From assembly GCA_051453625.1 (NCBI GenBank), contig JBOZIK010000001.1, positions 33,012,030-33,075,929 of the forward strand: a stretch of DNA of 63,900 bases, written 5' to 3'. Origin of the DNA: Welwitschia mirabilis (taxonomy: Eukaryota). This document shows positions 52,690 to 63,900 of this stretch, one piece after another (position 1 is the first letter of the stretch; the number at the start of each line of letters is the position of its first letter). A program made the position numbers and the translations under genes. The notes under the pieces were generated by a model. It ran no database searches and had not been told where the DNA came from. It saw only the letters and a list, made by a program, of their open reading frames with translations.

Positions 52690-55600
52690 CATTTAATCTT
52701 AATCTAGAAGCATTGATGAATACCTTCATATAGTTCCTATCACAAATAGTAAATCAAGGTCAAAATACATAAGTAAATAATGGTATTAATTAACCTAAGG
52801 AAGTGGGTATGAAGAATGTTAAGCTAAATCAACCAAAGTTTGTAGGAGGTTTAAATCATTTAAAAGCAAAAGCATANNNNNNNNNNNNNNNNNNNNNNNN
52901 NNNNNNNNNNNNNNNNNNNNNNNNNNNNNNNNNNNNNNNNNNNNNNNNNNNNNNNNNNNNNNNNNNNNNNNNNNNNNNNNNNNNNNNNNNNNNNNNNNNN
53001 NNNNNNNNNNNNNNNNNNNNNNNNNNNNNNNNNNNNNNNNNNNNNNNNNNNNNNNNNNNNNNNNNNNNNNNNNNNNNNNNNNNNNNNNNNNNNNNNNNNN
53101 NNNNNNNNNNNNNNNNNNNNNNNNNNNNNNNNNNNNNNNNNNNNNNNNNNNNNNNNNNNNNNNNNNNNNNNNNNNNNNNNNNNNNNNNNNNNNNNNNNNN
53201 NNNNNNNNNNNNNNNNNNNNNNNNNNNNNTACCAAAGTATTCATGTTTAAACCTAAGAATCTAACAGAGGCTATATGAAAGACAAAGATAGTAGAATAAA
53301 ACTAACAGAGAATTAAGAAAATAATTTCTCCATTGGGGCATATCCTTAAGAGAAACTAATCAAAAATGTATTATTAAAATAAGAATTAACACTTTAGTAA
53401 AAATAATATTAGTAATGATAATAGTAGGAACAAGAATTTTTATTAATCAAAGTAGACTCTATTCAAAAGAAATTAGAATGTTTGTATCAAAGCTATATAA
53501 GTAATTAACCTCAGAGATCCAACTTCTAGCAAACTCCTATTTAGTATCAATACTAGAACTAGTTTAATGGATCTCACCATCACTATGGTAATGGAAGTTA
53601 TAACATAAATGAATATTCCATTACATAATAAAGACCTTTTCAAATAACAACCAGAAAAGCCTTAAGGATCAAAAAGTGTTCCTCAATCAATAGAACGAAT
53701 TCAAGTAATAATGGATAATCAAGGGGCATAATTTCAAAGCTTTATCATAGAAGGTAAGGCTTTACTTAATAATACATAAATATTATTTTATTTGATTATG
53801 AAGTAATACATTGTTTTATATTTTCTATAATTATTGTAAGAAAAAATTTATGTTATACTCCAATTGATGGATGCATAGAGTTAGCAAATGGATCCATGTC
53901 CAACGTTAATTAGCAAGTCCAAAACTGTACTTTATCCATAAGTGGGGTATACTTTTAAATACAACCAATTATTATTAACTTACAAAAATACAACATTTTT
54001 TAAGTATGAATTAGTTAGTATATAATAGAGCAGTTATAAATTGTAAAAATCATCAAGAAAAAATGATGAATTATGTCCAAAGACTAATCTTTCAAGGTTA
54101 TTACAAATTGACAGTAGATAATTTAATTAATGCAAAGCATATTAAAAAAGAACTTAAAAGGGGATAACCAATTTATATGCTATACCTAAAATTAAGTAGC
54201 TTAAAGGTGGAAAGAACCTTAATAAAAAAAAATACTAATAGTCTAAGAATATGTTGATGTATCTACAACAAANNNNNNNNNNNNNNNNNNNNNNNNNNNN
54301 NNNNNNNNNNNNNNNNNNNNNNNNNNNNNNNNNNNNNNNNNNNNNNNNNNNNNNNNNNNNNNNNNNNNNNNNATATGTTGATGTATCTACAACAAAATTA
54401 CCAAGAATGCCACCACTTCAAGAAGTTGAGTTTTCTATTTAATTAATCCTAGAAACCCCCTTAATTTCTAAGGCACCATATAGAATGTCTCATATAGAAA
54501 TAAATAATTAAAAAACTTAGCTTGAAGAACTCTTACAAAAAGGCTTTATTCATTATATTGTATTATCATGGGAAGAATCTATATTATTTATAAAGAAGAA
54601 GGATTGAATACTAANNNNNNNNNNNNNNNNNNNNNNNNNNNNNNNNNNNNNNNNNNNNNNNNNNNNNNNNNNNNNNNNNNNNNNNNNNNNNNNNNNNNNN
54701 NNNNNNNNNNNNNNTAGTGTATTATCATGGGGAGAACCTATATTATTTATAAAGAAGAAGGATGGAATACTAAGATTGTGCATTAAGGTTACCATCAAGA
54801 ATAGGTATCCACTACCAAGAATAGATAACCTTTTTAATCAACTTAAGGAAGCTAAGATATTCTTAAAAGTTGATCTAAAATTTGTATATCATTAAGTTCA
54901 AATTAAGAAATAAGATATTCATAAAACAATATTCACAGCCTACTATGGGCATTATGAGTTTACTATTATGTCTTTTGGTTTAACTAATGTTCCTATAGTA
55001 TTTATAAATTTATGAATTACCTATTTCAACCACATCTTAGTTCTTTTATAATAGTATTTATTGATNNNNNNNNNNNNNNNNNNNNNNNNNNNNNNNNNNN
55101 NNNNNNNNNNNNNNNNNNNNNNNNNNNNNNNNNNNNNNNNNNNNNNNNNNNNNNNNNNNNNNNNNTTTAATCAACTTAAGGAAGCTAAAGTATTATTAAA
55201 AGTTGATCTAAAATTTGAATATCATTAAGTTCAAATTAAGAAATAATATATTCATAAAACAATATTCATAACCTACTATGAGCATTATGAGTTTACTATT
55301 ATATCTTTTGGTTTAACTAATGTTTCTATAGTATTTATGAATTACCTATTTCAACCACATCTTAGTTCTTTTATAATAGTATTTATTGATGATATCTTAT
55401 TTATTCCAAGATTTATGAAGAGCATGAGAAACACTTGAGAATACTGTTAAAAACTTCATGAAATCACTAATTATATGCCAACATGGAAAAATGCTCTTTT
55501 TGGAAGAAATACAATTAATTTCTAGACCATGCGATATCCAAGGAACATATATCAATATATTAAGATAAAGTTAAATAAATCATGAAAATGAGCAATACTT

Positions 55601-57745
55601 ACAAATATTACTAAGATTAGAATCTTTCTTGATCTTGCCAGGTACTACCATTGATTCATTTTCAACTTCTGTAAGATAACTTCTTCATTAATAAGTCTTT
55701 CAAAGAAAAATAAATACTTTTAAAGGACATAAAAATATTAGCAATTATTTGATCATCTCAAAGAATGCTTAATTGGTATTTGAGTCTTAGTAATGCCAAA
55801 TTATTCAAATACCTTTTCAATTTATACTAATGAATCTAGAGACAGTCTTGGAGTAGTGCTTAAACAAGATAAAAAAAGTAATAGCTTATGGATCTAAGAC
55901 AACATAAAACTTATGACATAAACTATCCTATTCATAATCTTGAATTAGCTGTAGTAATTTTTTATTTAAAATTATAAAAGCATGATCTCCCTAGTGTAAA
56001 GTTTCAAGTTTGAAAAGGACATAAGAGTTTAAAATATATTTTTATTTAAACAAACTTAAAGATTAGGCAAAGCATATGGACAGAATTTTTATTGGATTTT
56101 GATCTAGATATTTTATACCACAAAGTTAAGGGAAATAAGGTTGTGGATGCTTTTAATAGATGAGGTTATATTAAAGTAATCATGTAAATTCAAAGCTAAA
56201 TTCCTATCATTATATTAGAGAAACAATAAAAGGATGAGAATTTTTAAAAATCAAAGAACTAATTAGAAAAAGTAATAGACTTAGAAAATTTTAGTGTTAA
56301 TTCAAATGATATTATTAGATTTAAGTGAAGATTTTTGGTTCCTAATATAAACCAAATTAGACATAAGCTAATTTTTGAATTTTATAATCAACCTATAGTA
56401 GGTCATCTTGAAGGAACTAAAATGTATCAAAATATAAAATAAAAATTTTGGTAACTAACGATGAAAATGGATATAGCAAAAGTTTTATCAATGTCCCTTA
56501 ATTATCGACAAGTTAAAGAAAAACCTAGAAATCTAGTAGTATTATTTTATTATCATAATATTTTAGAATATAAATGGAATGTGATTTGCATGAATTTTAT
56601 TATAGGACTTTCAAAAAATCAAAAAAGTTATAACTCTATTATTGTAATAATTAATAAAGCATCCAACATTCTAGTGAAATCTATTTATGATGACAAGAAT
56701 ATAGGTAAAGTATATATTAAAAATGTTGTTCANNNNNNNNNNNNNNNNNNNNNNNNNNNNNNNNNNNNNNNNNNNNNNNNNNNNNNCTAAGTTTTAACAA
56801 AATTACAAATGGGTTTAGGAACCAAGTTAAATATGAGCATTTCATTTGATCTTTAAATAGATGATTAAATAGAAAGAGTTAATTAAATTTTAGAATATCT
56901 TCTCAGAGCATGTATTCTAGATAATCTTAAGAGTTGGGAAGAGTACCCATCATTAGTAGAATGTAGATATAATAATAGTTATCAAAGCTAAATTCAAATG
57001 GCTCCATTTGAATCCTTCTATAGTNNNNNNNNNNNNNNNNNNNNNNNNNNNNNNNNNNNNNNNNNNNNNNNNNNNNNNNNNNNNNNNNNNNNNNNNNNNN
57101 NNNNNNNNNNNNNNNNNNNNNNNNTAATAATAGTTATCAGAGCTAAATTCAAATGGCTCCATTTGAATCCTTCTATAATAGGAAATGTGGATTTCGTACT
57201 TCATGGACAAGACTTGAAAAATTTCAGGAAACAGAAAGTAAAATAAGAATCATTAAAAATAAACTTAAAGAAGCAACAAATAGATAAAAGATGTAGAAGG
57301 ACTATTGGAGAAGATATCTTGAGTGAAAAATAGGTGATCATATATTTCTTAAAGTGCCATCAATGAAATTAGTAATGAGAGGAGTTAAGAGATGAAAATT
57401 AACTCTTTGATTTATTGGACCATTTGAAATTAGAAAGAGTTGGACCTATTACATACAAACTTACTTACCTTCTCAATTATTGCACATGAATGATTTTTTT
57501 CATGTAACTATGCTAAGAAATTCTATTACAAATTCTTCTCATAAATTAAATTAATTTCATGTTCAAGTGGAACCAGATTCAACTATAGAAAAGCCAAAAA
57601 TAGTGCTTGATCAACAAACTATCAATTTATAAAATAGGAAGATCCATAAAATAAAGATAAAGTAAAGTAATCATAGTTTTGATGAAGCTACTTGGGAGCT
57701 AGAAGAAATAATGAAAAATAAATACCCAAATCTTTTTAAAGCTTA
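52690..57745 (+). pseudogene. Tekay gag-pol relic with C-terminal chromodomain
   Basis: [106 protein letters not shown]; chromodomain EKPKIVLDQ..SNHSFDEATWELEEIMKNKYPNLF (57588-57737). Confidence 0.92.
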
Positions 57746-57810
57746 TAATATATAGTTAAGTATTCTTAAGTTTTTCTATGTATCTTTATTTGTAAGAGTA
57801 AACCATCCTA

Positions 57811-57822
57811 AGTGGGGGAGGA
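57811..57822 (+). promoter_or_regulatory. Polypurine tract of the Tekay element
   Basis: AGTGGGGGAGGA immediately before the LTR start TGTTATATCC at 57823. Confidence 0.85.
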
Positions 57823-60800
57823 TGTTATATCCAAATTTTGTAAACCTTGTTTACTTAAATAGTAAGTTTATCAAGCTTTTAATCAAATAATTAATTATCC
57901 TTATATAAAAGACTTGTTAAAATAAGATGTTATTTTAAATTAACCTTAATTTGTAATATTTATAATTTACCATGAAATGTTTCCATAAGAAAATATATCC
58001 AAACATTTAAAATTAGATAATCCCATTATGAAAAGAATTAAAATCACATGAAAAAATTAATAAATTAAAAATTTCAAGAAGACATAATAATATATTTTAC
58101 ATCTTACTTACTCATTTAAATTCTTGGTAAATATGACAAAAATTTTATTCCTTGAGTTATGTGATTGATAGATTTTTTGCATTCTAAAATAAATGAGCAT
58201 TTAAACAAGAACATGCATTATTACCTAGAACCAAGAATGATAAATAAGTAGATTTACTCTACCATGACTTTATATTCTTAAGACATGTAAGGGCACTTGG
58301 TTCATATCATACTCATCATTTTATTCATTAGAATNNNNNNNNNNNNNNNNNNNNNNNNNNNNNNNNNNNNNNNNNNNNNNNNNNNNNNNNNNNNNNNNNN
58401 NNNNNNNNNNNNNNNNNNNNNNNNNNNNNNNNNNNNNNNNNNNNNNNNNNNNNNNNNNNNNNNNNNNNNNNNNNNNNNNNNNNNNNNNNNNNNNNNNNNN
58501 NNNNNNNNNNNNNNNNNNNNNNNNNNNNNNNNNNNNNNNNNNNNNNNNNNNNNNNNNNNNNNNNNNNNNNNNNNNNNNNNNNNNNNNNNNNNNNNNNNNN
58601 NNNNNNNNNNNNNNNNNNNNNNNNNNNNNNNNNNNNNNNNNNNNNNNNNNNNNNNNNNNNNNNNNNNNNNNNNNNNNNNNNNNNNNNNNNNNNNNNNNNN
58701 NNNNNNNNNNNNNNNNNNNNNNNNNNNNNNNNNNNNNNNNNNNNNNNNNNNNNNNNNNNNNNNNNNNNNNNNNNNNNNNNNNNNNNNNNNNNNNNNNNNN
58801 NNNNNNNNNNNNNNNNNNNNNNNNNNNNNNNNNNNNNNNNNNNNNNNNNNNNNNNNNNNNNNNNNNNNNNNNNNNNNNNNNNNNNNNNNNNNNNNNNNNN
58901 NNNNNNNNNNNNNNNNNNNNNNNNNNNNNNNNNNNNNNNNNNNNNNNNNNNNNNNNNNNNNNNNNNNNNNNNNNNNNNNNNNNNNNNNNNNNNNNNNNNN
59001 NNNNNNNNNNNNNNNNNNNNNNNNNNNNNNNNNNNNNNNNNNNNNNNNNNNNNNNNNNNNNNNNNNNNNNNNNNNNNNNNNNNNNNNNNNNNNNNNNNNN
59101 NNNNNNNNNNNNNNNNNNNNNNNNNNNNNNNNNNNNNNNNNNNNNNNNNNNNNNNNNNNNNNNNNNNNNNNNNNNNNNTCATGGAAATCCTAAGGCTCAT
59201 TGTAAATGGTTCTTTTTAAATTGATTTAATTTTTGTTTTTACAATGATTTGAATTAGTAACTTATTTAAAATATTATATAAGTAATTAGCATCTAGTTGT
59301 AGAATCCTTATCATATTTTTATTATGGCAAAAAATTAAATTTCCAGAATAGACACATAAGATAAAAACACCATAATTTCTTAATTAATAAGTATGAATTT
59401 CTAAAAAAACTTTATAGGTCTAGGATTATGTTATGAATCTAAAAGTATAGAAATAATAATTTTTATGATGGGTAGTTATTTCTAAAAAAATAATCTATTC
59501 AAATACATTAGAAAATAAATGCAAAAAATAGTTAGCAAGTAATTTNNNNNNNNNNNNNNNNNNNNNNNNNNNNNNNNNNNNNNNNNNNNNNNNNNNNNNN
59601 NNNNNNNNNNNNNNNNNNNNNNNNNNNNNNNNNNNNNNNNNNNNNNNNNNNNNNNNNNNNNNNNNNNNNNNNNNNNNNNNNNNNNNNNNNNNNNNNNNNN
59701 NNNNNNNNNNNNNNNNNNNNNNNNNNNNNNNNNNNNNNNNNNNNNNNNNNNNNNNNNNNNNNNNNNNNNNNNNNNNNNNNNNNNNNNNNNNNNNNNNNNN
59801 NNNNNNNNNNNNNNNNNNNNNNNNNNNNNNNNNNNNNNNNNNNNNNNNNNNNNNNNNNNNNNNACAAAATTTCACAGATAAATTGAATGTATACACTATG
59901 TTTATATTAGTAAATTTAAGTTAAATTATCTATCTATTTATAGAAATACCTCTTTTATCCCTTTTTCTTTATCTTACTTTAAATGTGTATGCTTATAAGA
60001 GTTTTTACCTTAGTGGTTTAACTAACACAAATAGTTTATAGATTATTACTTTTTTTATTAACTTATAATATGGCTATATCCATATTTGGTAAAGACTTAT
60101 ATCTTGATAATTATGATTAAGATANNNNNNNNNNNNNNNNNNNNNNNNNNNNNNNNNNNNNNNNNNNNNNNNNNNNNNNNNNNNNNNNNNNNNNNNNNNN
60201 NNNNNNNNNNNNNNNNNNNNNNNNTAATATAGCTATATTAATATTTGGTAAAGAATTATATCTTGATAATTATGATTAAGATATGCTTTCTTTTATTTAC
60301 CTTCTTTGCACCAATTCATAGATCTTGTCATATGACCATGGAAGAATTTTTCTAGGATGAGCATAGCTCCAGGTATGTTTTAGTTTTTTAAGAACATTAA
60401 TTAGATTTGATTTGATACATTTTCAATTTTTTATTATTACTAAAAGAAAAAGGAAATAATATTTCTTTTATTTAGATACAAAAAATAATATTTCTTTCTT
60501 CTATATTTTTATTATTATAATCTTGAATATAAAAATGTTCTTATATGCATGCTTGCTTTTTATGGTTGTTTCTATAAAATAAACCAAATGATGATTAGAA
60601 TTATTATAATAAAGTAAATAATCCATTAAATATCCACATTAGTTAGAACTATTTTCATGCATTTGTATGGTGTATTCATTGAACATGACTAAATCAAGAT
60701 AATTATAATAATGTTCATTTCTCATTTGGATTTCATCACTAAGGTGGATTACATTTCATTTATTTTATAATACCCTTCTAGAAGTTGATTTGATCACCAC

Positions 60801-61325
60801 TCTTGTAGCCTACTCATAGATGAACTTACTCTAACTTAAGATCTTAAGTTCTTGGCATCGAAGNNNNNNNNNNNNNNNNNNNNNNNNNNNNNNNNNNNNN
60901 NNNNNNNNNNNNNAAGTATGTATCCACCTCACATACCATCTATCACTTGTATTAGAGGTATATCGAGATGAAGTAAAAGCCTATAAAGTTAAGACCATCC
61001 ATGTTTATATAGTTTATAACCTAAAGTAGAATCAAATCACGTCTAGAGGGTAGTTGGATATTGAGTTGGAATAATGTTAATTGGAATTGCAACCTTCTAT
61101 TATACTGGTTAGGTATTATCCTTAAAACTTATCCATATATATTGATAACAAGTTTACATCTCCTCAAAAAGCCATAAGATATCTTGTATTTGATAAAACG
61201 GTAGGAATAAATAAAGGACATAGACCTATGACATCACTATTATTTGTAAACAAAAATAATTTAGAAATTAATTATAGATAAAAATATAACATTAATATCA
61301 TTTTTCTCTTATAATATGTTAAGAT
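57823..61325 (+). repeat. Tekay 3' LTR (last ~100 bp displaced or missing)
   Basis: Matches 37512-37636, 46581-51074 and 1-2130. Homology stops after CTTATAATATGTTAAGA. Confidence 0.8.
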
Positions 61326-62220
61326 CCCATCGTTATTAATTAATTTAAAGAACTATGACACTGCTTCAGAATCGAGTGACCACACATGTAACACTGAACG
61401 ATCGAACTCACACAACAAAAAGAAGACCAGTTCAAACATGGACAACTGTTATCCATACACAAGAAATCATATTGCACTCAGTAATATTCAATTTAATAGC
61501 AGGACAGACGACCAACTAGATTACTAAGAGTGACCGCATTACACTCACTAAGATTTAATCTAATAGTAGGATAGGTGACTGACTAGATTACTAAGGGTGA
61601 GTGCATGATAAGCAGTAAAACCTAAATTTGATGAAGGCAAGGGCAACTAATAGACATGATAATGGAGACCACATTACAACAAAAATCTATCCTCATAAGG
61701 TCAATTGTCAGGGTGACCTAATGAAGGTCGACTACTTATTAACATAAGGGCGATCGAATATGCACCTGTTCTGTACTAAAAATCTATGATAAGTAAGGGA
61801 GATCAAATGGTAGGAATAAGGGTGACTGCATGAGTGGGTGACTGAGTCTCACACAAGGTTAACCGTACAAAGAAAAAATATAACTATTATGAATTCAATG
61901 GTTGATCAAAATAAATGTAATGGTTCATTAAAAAGCATAACAGTTCAATTCTTCTTATAGAAATGGTTACTTTGTACATCTTTAGTATAAAATCTCTCCT
62001 CTAATGAAAAGAGCATAACACGGACTGTAAAAATCTGAGACTAAAAAAGAAGAATTATTATACTCTCTTGATATTGTATCTGAATAATCTTCAAGTTTAT
62101 ATTTTTGATTGACTTTATCATTGTATCTACTTTAGAAGAAGAGATTACTGTATCTTAGAGAAAATATCTATACATATGTGCATCATTCTTTCTTCCATTT
62201 ATTCGTGATTGATGATAAGC
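61326..62220 (+). repeat. Probable LTR fragment of another family with repeated AAGG(G)YGAY motifs upstream of a TATA box
   Basis: Two ~47 bp repeats with a 67 bp period (61494, 61561); further AAGGGCAAC/AGGGTGACC/AAGGTCGAC/AAGGGCGATC/AAGGGTGACT motifs; GTATAAAA near 61985. Boundaries uncertain. Confidence 0.4.
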
Positions 62221-63042
62221 CATAAAATCCTCTATGTTTGTGAAATATTATTTAGTGAGCCTAAAAACCATTATTGGAAACTAATATATGCTAGTCAAGA
62301 ACAAGGAGTCTACGAAGCTGAAGGGTAGTTCTATCCACCATTAAATATCTTATTTTTATATTACTTTTCTACTTGTCTTATTTATAGGTTATGAAGAACA
62401 TGGAAATTGTTATTAAAAGACCTACCCTCCCTCTCTCCCCCTGCTACTGCCACCACCACTGCCTCTAGGGTTGATCCTCTAGTTTTAAACTATAGAAATG
62501 CTAAAAAAAGATTAAGTAAAATTTAATTCTAGATTCTATTATGTCTGTTAGGTAATAAATATTACAAAAGGAAGGAAGAGAAAAAGGGGGAAAATGGAGC
62601 TTAATTAGGATAAGATAAAAGATGGTATCACACATGCAATATGTGAGGTGGATGTATGCTTATAGGTAACCTTTCTTTCTTAAAGTATCTCAAAATGGTA
62701 CAACATAATCCTTTAGCACTAACAGCTATTTTAAGTTCAAATAAGTCCATACATGATAAGATAAGAAAGTNNNNNNNNNNNNNNNNNNNNNNNNNNNNNN
62801 NNNNNNNNNNNNNNNNNNNNNNNNNNNNNNNNNNNNNNNNNNNNNNNNNNNNNNNNNNNNNNNNNNNNNNNNNNNNNNNNNNNNNNNNNNNNNNNNNNNN
62901 NNNNNNNNNNNNNNNNNNNNNNNNNNNNNNNNNNNNNNNNNNNNNNNNNNNNNNNNNNNNNNNNNNNNNNNNNNNNNNNNNNNNNNNNNNNNNNNNNNNN
63001 NNNNNNNNNNNNNNNNNNNNNNNNNNNNNNNNNNNNNNNNNN

Positions 63043-63900
63043 AAGACAAAAACATGCATTTTATCAGATAATTCACAAGAATTTCATGTAGATATGGATA
63101 AATTGTATTTTCGAATAACTATTCCTGCAAATAACAAAAGATCACACTGACTAAAGATGAAGAAATGATTGTCATCCCCTCTATCGTCTAGACGATAGGC
63201 AGGACGACAACCCTAATTAAGTAATAAATAGACTTCTTTTTAAATAACTTCTAGACAAACTGAAGATCTCTGTACCAGACATCATCATTCATCTCATCGT
63301 CCAGATGATACTAAGTGGATGACATTTTGAAAACTAGTCGATAGCATTTCAAAGACAGATCAATCAATAGATAAACTAAAGCAAAACTAGAGTTCTAATT
63401 ATCTATCCTTGTCGTCTCCTCCTTTGTCTGGATGAAAATGAAGAGGACACTGTTTTCCTATAGTTTTACTGAATGTTTTCCCAAGTTGTCGTCTCTTTAT
63501 TACTACTTTACTTTGCATGTCAGCTAGAGTTTTTTCTATACTCTTTTGTTAGTTTCCTTTTCTTTTCTATCTATAAATAAAGGTCTTCCCCTTAATTCCT
63601 AATCATCTTCGATAGTATCTGACATTCTCGTGATAAGAGATCTTAGGACTGAAGAACCATCTTATAACCCGGAGAGACATTACCTTAGTATTGGGTGGCA
63701 TATCTTCCATTGAGGAATGACTAATTTATGATATATATGCCTTTTCTATTTTAATATGTATTATTCTAAACTTATCCTTCATAGTTTATGTTGCTTAAGA
63801 TTCGTGACAGGTTTCTTTGATTATATAGATTATGAAGGTAGTCTTTGTTAAGGTTAAGCTTAATTAGTTTAGGTGCATCGTTATTTACTTTCTTAGATTA
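63043..63900 (+). repeat. LTR related to Athila-like element 2, truncated by the gap and the window end
   Basis: CTATAAATAA..TCATCTTCGAT..GACATTCTCGTGATAAGAGA..AGACAT..TATCTTCCATTGAG parallels 38080-38225. 63165-63210 parallels 45350-45398. Confidence 0.7.

Larger units (their letters stand above)
37512..61325 (+). mobile_element. Tekay/Del chromovirus (Ty3/Gypsy) with ~3.5 kb LTRs; 5' LTR split at 37637-46580, 3' LTR interrupted near 61325
   Basis: 37512-37636 plus 46581 onward is colinear with 57823 onward (TATCATATCCCAAGTTTTATAAACC vs TGTTATATCCAAATTTTGTAAACC). Internal pol carries a chromodomain and PPT. The 5' LTR end and PBS fall in the gap at 51075-51904. Confidence 0.85.

Noticed and set aside
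62340-62770. Possible host exon after a pyrimidine tract and AG at ~62387, and ORFs 62628-63150
   Set aside because: No recognisable protein similarity, and the ORFs are short and run through a gap.
38744-63150. Long ORFs in the supplied track (e.g. 51026-51907, 58297-59193, 41318-41988)
   Set aside because: They consist mostly of X from N gaps, so the absence of stops is an artefact.

Overview
AT-rich, heavily gapped plant genomic scaffold made almost entirely of old, nested, decayed transposable elements. I found no intact host gene, RNA gene or CRISPR array. The oldest layer is a CACTA transposase relic (5191-7177, resuming at 23992) followed by an intron-containing receptor-like-kinase relic (~24.9-25.5 kb). 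An Athila-like Gypsy element (7178-23991) sits inside the CACTA relic. It carries an extra LTR, a 5'-truncated L1 LINE and a ~6 kb post-pol region with relic extra ORFs. Other insertions are three copies of a ~1.4 kb LTR-like repeat and a Tnt1/Tork-like Copia element (28940-36945). A Tekay/Del chromovirus (37512-~61325) has its 5' LTR split by a gag-protease-only Athila-like element (37637-46580). Further LTR fragments lie at both window ends. The most interesting signal is a ~150-165 nt block that can base-pair, shared by the 3' non-coding regions of the two otherwise dissimilar Athila-like elements (17436-17600, 44033-44184). Its minus strand has a non-canonical hammerhead-like layout. Many 100-N gaps are flanked by diverged duplicate sequence, so some structure may be an assembly effect. 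All identities and translations were done by eye.
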